Part shown: positions 13,071 to 25,100 of the stretch, piece after piece | Layout of the letters: each line of letters starts with the position of its first letter | Numbering within the stretch: position 1 is the first letter of the stretch | Assembly: GCA_024137785.1 (NCBI GenBank) | Contig: JAHRHZ010000019.1 | Location: 962,155 to 1,026,154, forward strand | Origin: Ginglymostoma cirratum | Lineage: Eukaryota | DNA: 64,000 nt | Direction of reading: 5' to 3' | Program-made: the position numbers and the translations under genes | The notes under the pieces: model-generated | Seen by the model: the letters and a program-made list of their open reading frames with translations, nothing else | What the model was told of the DNA's origin: nothing | Database searches by the model: none

Positions 13071-14029
13071 CCTCAGCCCACATAGGATGTGTTTGGAGGG
13101 ATATGAGCCAAATGTTTGCACATATGACTACATTCATTTAGGATATCTGGTCAGCATGAATAAGTTGGACCGAAGGGTCTGTTTATGCGCTGTATATGTC
13201 TATGAGTCTATGACTCTACAAGTGTTGATTAGACTCTCTGGAAACTTGGCTGCCTGAGTATGTGTATTTTACACCACCAGGCATGACAGCAGTGACAGGT
13301 ATTGATGCAATCCCACTGGATGACTTAAACCCAGCTCATGACCCTAAGGGCCAAAGGCCATAATAAAGTTTGAAGATTAGGGGCAAAGGGGGGGATAAAA
13401 AACACGCACCCAAACACCACCACCTTCGTGACAATGCACAGAAAATTCAGTGAGGGTGCAAAAGAAGCCTCAATGAGGACTCGGTGAAGATTCTGTGCAG
13501 ATTCAGTGAAGAATCAGTGAGGACTTGCAAGGAAGACTTGCAGCAAGACTCGTGGCAGACGACAGTGAAGCAATCCAAGAAGACCCTGGAGAAGATCTGC
13601 CCTGATCTATTAGACCCAGCTTTGTGGAAGACAGCCAGCCCTACTTTGGAGAGAAAGGAAATTCCAATACCCCTGCGCAAACATGTGGATAAGATCCTTT
13701 TCAAGATACATAGAGGTAAGTACAATGCAAATGTTGTGAGAATTTGGGGAATAGTCACATGGTGTTTTTAATAAGGAACATTTTGTTGATGAAATTCAAT
13801 TGAATCACAAACTGATTTCTGTCTCCCCTTGTCCACCTCACCAACAAGAGAACTTAAGTAAAGTATATTTAATACATAAACTAGTCAAACCATGGACAAC
13901 ACCTCAACCCAGAACCTGTTTTTGCAGACCATTCTGTTCCTTTCCTAGAACAAACTGAAAACAAACGGTCTTAGGTTTTCTGTCACAAAAATGCTCCCCC
14001 ACAGTCACCTCAAACACCTGTCCAGCTTC

Positions 14030-14950
14030 ATTCCTCCAAATTAGGTCCAGCACTGCACCTTCCCAGATTGGACCTTCTGTGTGTTGATATAAAAATCTCT
14101 CCTGTATACATTTTAAGACATCTGTTCCTCTAAACCTTTGATGTTATTTTTTGTTTTCTTTATTCATCCACGGGATGAAGGCATCACTGACCAGGCAGCA
14201 TTTATTGCCCATCCCTAATTGCCCAGAGGGCAGTTCAGAGTCAACCACATTGCTGTAGGTCTGGAGACGCATATAGGCCAGACCAGGTAAAGAAGGCAGT
14301 TTCCTTCCCTAAAGGACATTAGTGAACCAGATGGGATTTTTCTGACAATCGGCAGTGGATTCGCAGTCATCATTAGATTCCTAATTCCAGATATTTATTG
14401 AATTCAAACTCCACTCTCTGCCATGGCAGGATTCGAACCTGGATTTCTGGATTAACAGTCCAGCGATAATACCATTAGGCCATTGCTCCTCATTGTTACT
14501 CTAATTAATGTTGAGGAATTTGAAATTCCCTAATTTAATTACCCACTTGTTACACACCTAGGTGAATTGTGGACATATCTGCTCCTTTATTGCCTGCTGA
14601 CTTTTGGGCATCAACAATACACTCCCTGTATATTAGTGCCCTCTGTTTATTCTTAAACTGTACCCACAAAGCTTCATTTGCAGACCTTCCTAAGATGTCA
14701 TCCCTCCTTACTGTGGGAACGGACTCCTTTATAAATAATACAACACCACCTTCTCTTTGACACCCTCCCCTGTTTTGCCTGAGGATCCTGTACCTCAGAC
14801 TGTTGAGTTTCCAGTCCTGCCCCTGCCTCATCCATGTCCCTGTTATGACAACAACATCCAATTCCAGGCATTATTCCATGCCCTTAACCCATCTGTTTTA
14901 CCTATTATACTCCGGGCATAAATGTACAGGCCATCCTACCTGCCTTCCTC
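14030..14950 (-). mobile_element. CR1 APE-endonuclease fragment with nested SINE
   Basis: ORF 14550-14861 (DVVVITGTW, GGVVLFIKE). Confidence 0.7.
14160..14490 (-). mobile_element. DeuSINE/SacSINE1-like SINE
   Basis: Core gcatttattgcccatccctaattgccc...ttccttccctaaaggacattagtgaaccagatgg; recurs at about 28075, 35790, 60005 and 63610. Family name is from recall. Confidence 0.6.
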
Positions 14951-15889
14951 CTTTGAAACTCAACATGGTTGAACTCAATCTGCTGTGTCCCTACGTACTA
15001 ACATTCTGTGTCCCCTTCCCCTGGGGAATTACTTTAAATTCCTCCCAAGAGCATGAGAAAACTCACCCACAACAGTGTTGGTCCCATCCTGGTTCAGGTG
15101 CAGACTGTCCCATCAATGGCTTCCCAATGATTCAATGGTTCTACCAAATAGTTCCACAGTGTAAACAAACCATTCACAAGATAGCCTTCTCCGACCCAAG
15201 TATCTTTGATGTAATGAATAAATCTACTTCCTCTGCCCAGCTTTGGCCCACTGAACCATACACCAGAAAGGTCTCAGTCAAAATGATGTTCTTCTCAGAG
15301 AGGCTTTCATTACATTGGAGCTTGGAATACAAGTGTAAAACAGTCCTTTTCAAGTGAGCGCTGTGTGTGAATTATCTCATAGAATTATATCAGAGATGAG
15401 CCGAAGAAACAGGCCATTCAGTCAATGCTGGTGTTTGTGCTGTACTTGACCTTATGACCATCCTTCTGCATATAGCTATGAGCAGCAAAACTGTCCACTC
15501 TTCCCCACTATTTACTATCCCAACTTCCTCTGAAGTGAACCTGTGCTTTCACTTCAACCACTCCCTGTGATAATGAGATCCACTTTCTCAAAGTCTCTCC
15601 TAGGAAAGAGGTTTCTTCAGAATTCCCAATTGGATTTATGCCAAAGTTTTCACCTCCGTATCACATCTGCTGTGTATTCATGTGCTATAAACAACTGCCT
15701 TGTAGTGAAACAGCAACAGAAATGACCAATGGTTTGAGTCACTTTTTTGAGAGAAGCTGCTGTCCTTGAGACATGTAAACAATGTCAGGATCAGGGTCCT
15801 GTGGCACGCTGGCAGTGTCTCTAACTGTAGACCACAAGGTCCAGGATCAAGTCCCACATCCCCATAGGTTACTGAGAAATAATTTCATA

Positions 15890-16330
15890 TTGAACATAAA
15901 GAATAGTACAGCACAGGAGCTGGTTCTTCCGCTCACAATGTCTGCGCTGACAATGATGCCATTCTAAACCAATCCCATCTACCTGCACATTGTCTATATC
16001 CCTCTGTTCTATCAAAATGCCTCTGAAACACTGCTATCATATCTGTTTCTACCACATCCTCTGACCGTGTACCCTGCACCTATCACTTTCTCTGTAAAAA
16101 TCCTGCCTCACACAACTCATTTAAACATTCCCCCTCTCACCTTAAACCTATGCACCCAAGTATTTCGCATTTCCACCCTGGGGAAACGACTTTGATTATT
16201 CACCCTATTCATGCCCCTCAAAATTTTATAAACTTCTATCAGGTACCCCCTCAGTCTCTGATACTCCAGTGAAAATAATCCATGTTTGTTCAACCTCTCC
16301 TTATGGCTAATGCACATCAATCCAGGCAAC
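15890..16330 (-). mobile_element. CR1 LINE 3' fragment
   Basis: ORF 16117-16329 (RLRGYLIEVYKI). Confidence 0.8.
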
Positions 16331-16809
16331 GCCAGAAATTTTCATGTCATCTGCCAGCTCTTCAGTGGTGTAAGGGCTAGCTCTGTATTTAACTAATGTC
16401 GTGTTCTGCTTGGTGATCTCCAGCTGATACTACAATGAATGGCTGTTGGTATTCACACATTGTGATCCCTGCGTCTATTGTCGGGGGTTCTCTAATTTAA
16501 ACCATCCTATTTCTCCATCATCACCTCCCCTTTCAGACTCTGCTTCGGACTTAAACATTGATTAAGTCTGTGAAGCAGAGTCGCACTGGACTAGAAACGG
16601 TAACTTTGTTTCTCTCTCTGCAGATGCTGCCAGACCTGCTCCGTTTCTCCAGCAATTTTTACTTTTTGATCAGGTTTTTGAGTTTTTTTGTCTTGACGTC
16701 TCATTCCTTGATTTGTGATAAAATTTTTCATTTCCTCACCTGCGTAAAGATTTGACGTCATTTTACTGAGTGCACACTGTTTTATAAATGCTAGTGAGTG
16801 TTTAATACC

Positions 16810-18620
16810 ATAAGACAATGAAAGACAGGAACAGGAGTAGGCCAGTCAGACCTTTGAAATTGCTCTGCCATTCAATAGGATCATGGCTATTCTGGCATTC
16901 CTCACGTCCACTTTCTTGCAATTTCCTCAACTCTTGATGCCTGACTGATCAAGAATCTATCAATCTCAGCCTTCAATATAAATAAGGACTCTGCCTTTGC
17001 AACTCACTGTGGCAAGGAGTTCCAAAGACTCATAACCCTCTGAGAGGAGAAATTCATGTCCCTTTATTCTGAGACAATGTCCTCTACTCCTAGACTCTCT
17101 CAGCAGTATAGTCTTAGACTCTCTCCTCTCAGCATTTACTCTGGCAAGACCCTTAACAATCATGCATGTTCCAATTAGATCATTTCTCATTCTTCTAAAC
17201 CCCAGTGAGCAGAATCCCAACCCATTTAACCTTTGTCCATAATGCAATCCCTCCATACCAGGGATCATCCTTAGTGAACCTTGTCAAAACTGCGTCTGAT
17301 GAAATAATATTTTTTTTCTTAAATAATGAAACCAAACTGTTCACAGTATACATAGTCTCTCCAGCACCTTGTACAGTTGCAGTAAGACTTCCAAACTCTT
17401 ATACTCCAACAATAAGGGCCCACATTCCATTAGTCTTCCTGATTACCTGCTACACCTGTGTGCTAGCTTTCTGTGTTTCGTGCACTAGTCCCCCCAAGTC
17501 CCTTTGTGTTGCAGCTTCCTGCAATTCCTCTCCATTTAAATAATATTCCATTCTTTTGTGCTCCCTTTAAAAATGAACAACTTCACATTTGCCCATAGTG
17601 TACTCCATCGGCCATCTTTCTTCCTGCTTACTTAATCTACCAATATCTCTCTGTAAACTGTTTGTATCCCTTATGCAACCTGCCTCTCCACCTATTTTTG
17701 CGTCAGCTGCAAATGTGGCTACAGAATTTTCACTTCCCTCCTTCTCATCGTTAATATACATTGTAAACAGTGGCAGTTCCAGCACTGATTCTTAGGGAAC
17801 CCCATTGGTCATGGATCACCAACCTTAAAAGAACCCCTTAGGGCCCTCTTGCTGATTCGTATACTTGAGCCAATTCTCAATATTCCTTACCAATACATTC
17901 TCTCCATCATGGTGAGCTCTTATCTTTTGACTTAACCTTTTGACAGGTAGCTTGCTTAACACCTTCTGGAAGTCCACAAATATGCAACTACTGGTTCCCG
18001 TCTATCCACTTGGGTTGAGAATTCCTTGAAAAACTCCAATAAATTAGTCAAACATGATATCCCTTTCATGAAGCTATGCTGACTATGCTTGATTAGGCTA
18101 TGATTTTCCAAATTGATTCTTTAATAATTGATTCCAACACTTTTTCAGCAATAGATGTGCTGTTTGTTGGCCTTCAGTAATGCATGATTTGCCTCCCTCA
18201 TTTTCAGTTAAGGGTGTCACATTTGCAGCTTTTCAATTCTCTCATATTTGTCCAGAATACAAGGAGTATTGGAAAATTACAACCAATGCATCCAATATTG
18301 CTGTAGCTCCTTCTTTGAGGATCCTAGGATGCAATCCATCAAGGCCAGGGGACTGAGATAACAAGGTGTAGAGCTGAATGAACACAGCAGGCCAAGCAGC
18401 ATCAGAGGAGCAGGAAGGCTGACGTTTCGGGCCTAGACCCTTCTTCAGAAATTTCTGAAGAAGGGTTTAGGCCTGAAATGTCAGCTTTCCTGCTCCTCTG
18501 ATGCTGCTTGGCCTGCTGTGTTCATCCAGCTCTACACCTTGTTATCTCAGATTCTCCAGCATCTGCAGTTCCTACTATCTCCAAGGCCAGGGGACTGACC
18601 TGCCCTTAGCCCCATGAGTT
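16810..18620 (-). mobile_element. Decayed CR1 LINE
   Basis: ORFs 16966-17268 and 17567-17785 with RT motifs. Confidence 0.8.
18353..18581. mobile_element. Palindromic Penelope-derived insertion (99-bp arms, no loop) with 17-bp TSD
   Basis: Arms 18353-18451 and 18452-18550, about 5 mismatches; TSD caaggccaggggactga at 18340-18356 and 18582-18598. Confidence 0.85.
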
Positions 18621-18904
18621 CGTCTAACACAACTGTTTCAGTGACAGAGATAGGACTTACTCTCTCTCTAATATTCTTTTTTTTATGGAATGTTCAAATT
18701 ATCTTCTACCGTAAAGACCAACCCAATGATTTTCCATGGATGTTTGGACCATTTATCAGGTTGCATCAAATATGTGAACTCTCCATGTTTAAGTGAGTGA
18801 TTATGAGGAACTTGCACTGAATAAATAATTAACACCTGAAATGAACCTCACCTTGCCACATTCAGAAAATCCAACCAGTAATATCTTTCCTCAGAAAAGA
18901 GCAG

Positions 18905-19071
18905 CCATTGGTTTATTATCACTGCTTCCCCTTTACTAACACTTTAACTTCTTTAACTCCTGAGGAATGAGACATTAAAGAAGCTGCTGATGGCTTGGAC
19001 ACTTTGAGCTTTGTGTATTAACTGGACGTACAATAAACTGTGTGAATAAGCAGTGTTGTCGCTCTGTTGAG
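18905..19071 (+). promoter_or_regulatory. Gene B proximal promoter/5' UTR with candidate PU.1/Spi-type Ets site and inverted CCAAT
   Basis: gcttcccctttact 18924-18937 (reverse complement AGTAAAGGGGAAGC); ATTGG 18907-18911; region conserved with gene A. Confidence 0.45.
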
Positions 19072-19123
19072 ATGATCCGTGGAACTTTATTTGCCGTGAC
19101 CCTGTGCCTCTGTGGTGCTCTGG
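19072..19123 (+). CDS. Gene B leader exon MIRGTLFAVTLCLCGAL/G
   Basis: ATG 19072, 52 nt, hydrophobic core, G|gtaagt phase 1 donor. Confidence 0.88.
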
Positions 19124-22100
19124 GTAAGTGTTTGCTTTGGAGGAGTTTACCTTGTTATAAAAGACCTTTCCATGGTTTGTGCTGTTGAGGAGTTTGTGTG
19201 AATTCTATAAGTTTGAACATTCAGAACTGGAGGGGAGGGTCGCGTGTGACAGGGATCTGGATGTACAGGTACACAGGTTACTGAAAGTGGCAACACAGAT
19301 GGAGAAGGCAGTCAACAAGTCATACATCATGCTTGCCTTCATCGGCCAGGGCATTGAGTTTATAAATTGGCAGGTAATGTTGCAGCTTTATAGAACTTTA
19401 GTTAGGCCACACTTAGAATATTGTGTTCAGTTCGGGTCACCACGCTACCAGAACGATGTGGTGGCATTGGAGAGGGTACAGAAAAGATTTACCAGGATGT
19501 TGCCTGGTATGGAGGGTATTAGTTATGAAGAGAGGTTGGAGACATTTGGGTTGTTCTCACTGGAATGACAGAGATTGAGGGGTGACCTGATAGATGTGTG
19601 CGAGACTATGAAGGGCATGGACAGAGTGGATAGTCAGAAGCTTTTTCCTAGGGTGGAAGAGTCAGTTACTAGGGGGCATAAGTTTAATGTGTAAGGGGTA
19701 AGATTTAAAGGTGATATACAAGGCAAGTTTTTTTACACAGTGGGTGCTGAGTTCCTGAAACTCGCTGCTGGGGGAGGTAGTCGCAACGGATACTATAGTG
19801 TCATTTCAAGGGCGTCTTGACAAATACATGAATAGGATGGGAATAGAGGGATACGGTCCCCGGAGGGGTAGTGGGTTTTAGATGTGATGGGCAGCATGTC
19901 GATGCAGGCTTGGAGGGGCGAAGGGCCTGTTCCTGAGCTGTAATTTTCTTTGTTCTTTGCAATGATTTATCACTGTCTGGAGATTGTTTCAGAAGCTGAC
20001 GTCGAGCTCTACGGGCTGGGAATACAGACCAGAAAACAAAGTGTCTTCTGGGTGTATCGTAAATAATTATGTCCCCAACATCAATCCGTGTGACACTCCA
20101 ACAGCTGCAGGTTGTCATTCTTAAAAGGACACTTTTCCCCAATTCTCTGTATTCTCTTCATTACCTATTCCTGTATCCATGCTATTATCTGATCTTCTTA
20201 TGTAGCCTAATGTGTGGGATATTATCGAGAATGTTATTTAAGAGCTCTTTTGTGAATACAGAACCAAGGTTTGTATTTAGTGGGTGAGCCAGTTCTTTGT
20301 TCCCCATTATAAATTCCTCTTTTCTGATTGTAAGGGAATGATATTTATCTTCACCATCAACCTACAGGAACAGTTCGTATCAGTACTTATGTTCCCCACA
20401 AAATTACTTCCTTAATCAAACATTAATCAATCACTCATAACAAGGCTTGGGGCTGGATGAACACAGCAGGTCAAGCAGCATCATAGGAGCAGGAAAACTT
20501 GACGTTTCGGGCCGAGACCCTTCATCAGAAATGGGGGAGGGGAAGAGGGTTCTGAAATAAATAGGGAGAGAGGGGAAGGCGGATAGAGGATGGATAGAGN
20601 NNNNNNNNNNNNNNNNNNNNNNNNNNNNNNNNNNNNNNNNNNNNNNNNNNNNNNNNNNNNNNNNNNNNNNNNNNNNNNNNNNNNNNNNNNNNNNNNNNNN
20701 NNNNNNNNNNNNNNNNNNNNNNNNNNNNNNNNNNNNNNNNNNNNNNNNNNNNNNNNNNNNNNNNNNNNNNNNNNNNNNNNNNNNNNNNNNNNNNNNNNNN
20801 NNNNNNNNNNNNNNNNNNNNNNNNNNNNNNNNNNNNNNNNNNNNNNNNNNNNNNNNNNNNNNNNNNNNNNNNNNNNNNNNNNNNNNNNNNNNNNNNNNNN
20901 NNNNNNNNNNNNNNNNNNNNNNNNNNNNNNNNNNNNNNNNNNNNNNNNNNNNNNNNNNNNNNNNNNNNNNNNNNNNNNNNNNNNNNNNNNNNNNNNNNNA
21001 TGCTTGTTATCTCGGATTCTCCAGCATCTGCAGTACCTTTTATCTCTTAATCAATCACTCCTTGGCTCTGCTGTTTTTCAGGCCAAAGACTGCTGAAAGG
21101 GTGCCTTTAAATCCAAGTGGGAGTTTAGAACAAACAGACTGCTGTTCATTTATTGATTTTTTTTTATTTTTAAGATGCAAATTTCCCAGTCCTTCTCCAG
21201 TCCCCGGTCATGGAACGAATCACCGAGGGTCATACTGCTCGGTTACAGTGCACCGTGAGGAACGTCGCAGTGACACACATCGATGTTCACTGGTACCGGG
21301 AGCGACCAGGAAGGAGAGAGTGGATTTTGGTCCATTACTCATGGAATTATGTACAATGGTACTTAGGTTATTACACATGGAATCACAAGCAATGGTCCTC
21401 AGGTTTCAAAAAGCGTTTCCAGTCTTCTAGAAACGCCTCCAGTAACAACTTCATTCTGACCATCACAAACGTGCAGCCCAGTGACACTGGGGTCTATTAC
21501 TGCTCAATCTGGGGAAGTATCAGTGGTGGAGGAAGCCGGATCATTGTAAACAGTAAGTAGAGTTTACACAACAAACTTCTCCAGCAATAACCTCTTGCCC
21601 AATGAATGAATTGGGGATCAGTACGTCATTAATAAGACTGAGGAGGTGTTGGACAGTAATCTCCGGGATGGATTCACTGTGAGGAGGAAGCTGAGCTCAG
21701 GTTCAATGTTGGTAGGTTTATGGAGAAAGGGTGTGTTTTTGTGATAATGGGAGGAGGGCTTTGTGGGAAATGTGAAGCTTTATCTTGCAGAACGCAAGAT
21801 ATAAATTCCATTTGATTCACAAGAGTGTCAGTACCATTGGGCTGGATGAGCAGGGTCAGGGAGATTGCTCTATGAGGTGCCACAGCTGCAGGGAATCTCC
21901 CAGGGATTGGAAATGAACCATAGAGCACAACGGGGGGCACACACATCTCTCTCCATTCAAGAGACAAGTTTTTTGATCCAGGTTAAAGGGAACCACTCCA
22001 CATCAAGCAGAGAGCAAGAGGAGGGCTCACTCTCTTAGAATTATACAGCACGCAAACAGACCTTTCATGGTCCCTGCTGACCATAATCCCAAACTAAACG

Positions 22101-25100
22101 AGTCATATCATCAGAGGCTGCACTGATGATGTTACCCAGGAGGGTAATGAAACGTCTGCGAACTAGCGAACCGGCTCGGTGAGCAAACCAGCTACAGCAT
22201 CCACAACCTGAGCTACAAATCTACTCAAGAACCTTAGTCCCATCTGCCTGCACTTGGCCCCTATCTCTCCAAACATTTCTTATTCATGTACTTATCCAAA
22301 TGTCTTTTAAATGTCATAACTGTACCTGCATCCACCACTTCCTCTAGAAGTTCATTCCACACATGAGCCACTCTGTGTGTACAAAGATTGCCCTGCATGT
22401 CTTATTTAAATCTTTCTTCTCTCACTTTAAACAGATGCCCACAATCTTGAAATCTCCACCCTAAGGAAATGACCTGCCTTTCACCTTATCTACACCTCTC
22501 ATGATTTTATAAATCTCTGTAAGGTCATCCCTCAATCTCCTATGCTCCAGTGAAACATGTCCCAGCATCTGACATCTCCCCATAATTCAAACCTTCCATT
22601 CCCAGCAACAGCCTGGTAAATCTCTTCTGAACCCTTCCAAACTTAATTATATTCTTCTTATAAAGATCAACCAGAACTGGACACAATGCTCCAGAAAGGG
22701 CCACGGTAACATCCAGTACAACCTCAACATGATGTACCAACTTCCATATTCAAAGGTCTGAGCAATGAGGCCAGCATGCTAAGTGCTTTCTTAAGGATCC
22801 TATCCATACGACATGCAAAATTCAAAGAATTATGTACCTGAATTCCTTTGTCTTTCTGTTCTACAGCACTACCCAAGGCCCTGCTTTTAATTGTATAAGT
22901 CTTACCCTTGTTTGTTTTACCAAAATTCAATACCTTGCATTTATCAAAATTAAACTCCACCTGCCACTCCTCAATGCATTGACCTAATTGATCAAGATCT
23001 CTTTGTATTCTTAGATGACCTTTTTCACTCTCCACTATACCACAATCTTGGTGTAATTCACAAATGTACCAACCATACCTTCTGTATTCTCATCCAAATC
23101 ATTTCTATAAATGGCAGACAAAAGTGGACCCAGTACTGATCCCTGTGGAACACAGTTGCTAATAGGCTTCCAGCCTGAGAAACAACTCTCTAACATCACT
23201 CTCTGTCTCCTGCCATTAGGCCAATTTTGTATCCAATTGGCAAGTCCACCCTAAATCCCAGGTGATCTAACTTTATTAATTAGTCTACCATGCGGAACCT
23301 TGTCAAAGTCTCTATTAAAATCCAAATAAACAATGCCTATTGTGCTGCCCTTATCAATCTTCTTAGTTACTTCCTCAAAAACTCACTCAAGTTTGTGAGA
23401 CAAATTTTCTTCTCACTAAACCATGCTGATCATCCCTAATCATTCTTTGCCTCTCCAAATACATATAAATCCGATCTTTCAGAACCACTTCCAACTTACC
23501 CACCACCGAAGTCAGACTCACAGGTCTATAGTTCCCCCAGATTCTCCTTACATCCTTTCTTAAACAAGGACACAACATTGGCTACTCTCCAGTCATTCAG
23601 TACATCACCTAGTTATAAATGACACAAATATTTTTGCAAGGGGCCCCGAAATTGCATTCCTAACTTCCCAAAAAGTCCAGCGATACATTAGATCATTTTG
23701 TGAAAATCTGTCTATATTGATATTTTCCAAGGCCTCCAGCACTTCCTCTTTTGTCATGTGAACTGTTTTAAAAACATTAATATTTATTTCCTTGAGTTCT
23801 CCAGCTTCTATTGCTTTCTCCACAGTAAAAACTGACGCAAAGTTGTCATTTAATCTCATCTTTTGAGGCTCAACACAAAGATGAACTCTTTGATCTTGAA
23901 GGGGCCCTGCTCTCTTGCTCTTAATGTACTTCCAGAATCTCTTTGGATTATCCCTGACCTTACTTGCCAAGTCTATCTCATATCCTCTCTTTGCTTTCCT
24001 GATCTCCCTCTTAACAAAGCCCTGACACTCTTTATACTGTTCAAGAGATTCATTTGAACCCAGTTGCTTACATCTAACATATTTATTATTAAAATCTTGA
24101 CCATAACCTCAATATCTTTATTTATCCATTATTTTCTAATCCTACCAGCCTTACCATTCATTTTAATAGGAACATAATGACTCTGCACTCTTGTCACCAC
24201 ACTATTTATCAGACACCCCTTTACTTGTGAACAGTCTATTTCAATCAAATTTTGATATTTCTTGTCTCATACCACTAAAATTTGCCTTAGTCTGATTAAA
24301 AAAATCTTTAATTTTTATGGATGTCTTTTTTTTTTCCATAACAGTTTTAAAATAAATAGAATTATGACCACGAGACCCAAGGTGTTAAACCAACTGTCAC
24401 TTCAGTCATTTGCCCTGTCTAATTACCTAAGAGAAGGTTATGGTTTGCTCCTTCTCTAGTAGGAACATTTGAAGATTGATAAGTAAAATTTTCTTGAACA
24501 CATTTGACAAATTCTTCACAATCCAAACCTTTAACACTATGGCAGTCCCATATATAACTGAGATCTCTCTACATATTTGGTCCTCAATTTCCCTCTGAAA
24601 TTGGGGATCTAAAGTACAATCTCATCAAGGTAATCGTTCCCTTTTTATTTCAAATTTCAACCCATATATTTTCACAGGATGATTTTTCAGAAACATATTC
24701 TCTAGTTACAGTAGTAACATTTTCCTTAATCAAAAACTCCACTCCCACTTCTCTTTTGCCTCTGTTTCGATCCTTCCTGTAACATCCAAGCTCCCACAGT
24801 TGAGACTGTGATTAAAGCTGGGATATTGTCATTATTCGACATTATACTCCAGCCATCTGAGCTACGTGACTAGGGAAGAGTGATCATAGCATTCTGGAAA
24901 TTTACAACATAATTAGCTGGAGTTTCATGTTGAATATTGCTAAGAGCCTGACTTCACCGCCCCCACCCCCCATTCTGGTTCAGGTAGTTCCTGCGGCTTT
25001 CTCTTCTACTTGCCCCATTGTGGGTGAGTGGGCAGCTAATATCAGATCAGAGTTAATGCAGAGAGATGTGAGGACACTCAGATTAGATGGAGAAATAAGA

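Noticed and set aside
13447-13771. ORFs 13484-13771 and 13447-13758 as a host gene
   Set aside because: Low-complexity gaaga-rich, repeat- or LTR-like sequence with no recognisable domain
20590-21096. ORFs 20590-21096, 50131-50661 and 50141-50584, and the full 637-aa length of ORF 48865
   Set aside because: Artefacts of reading through N gaps
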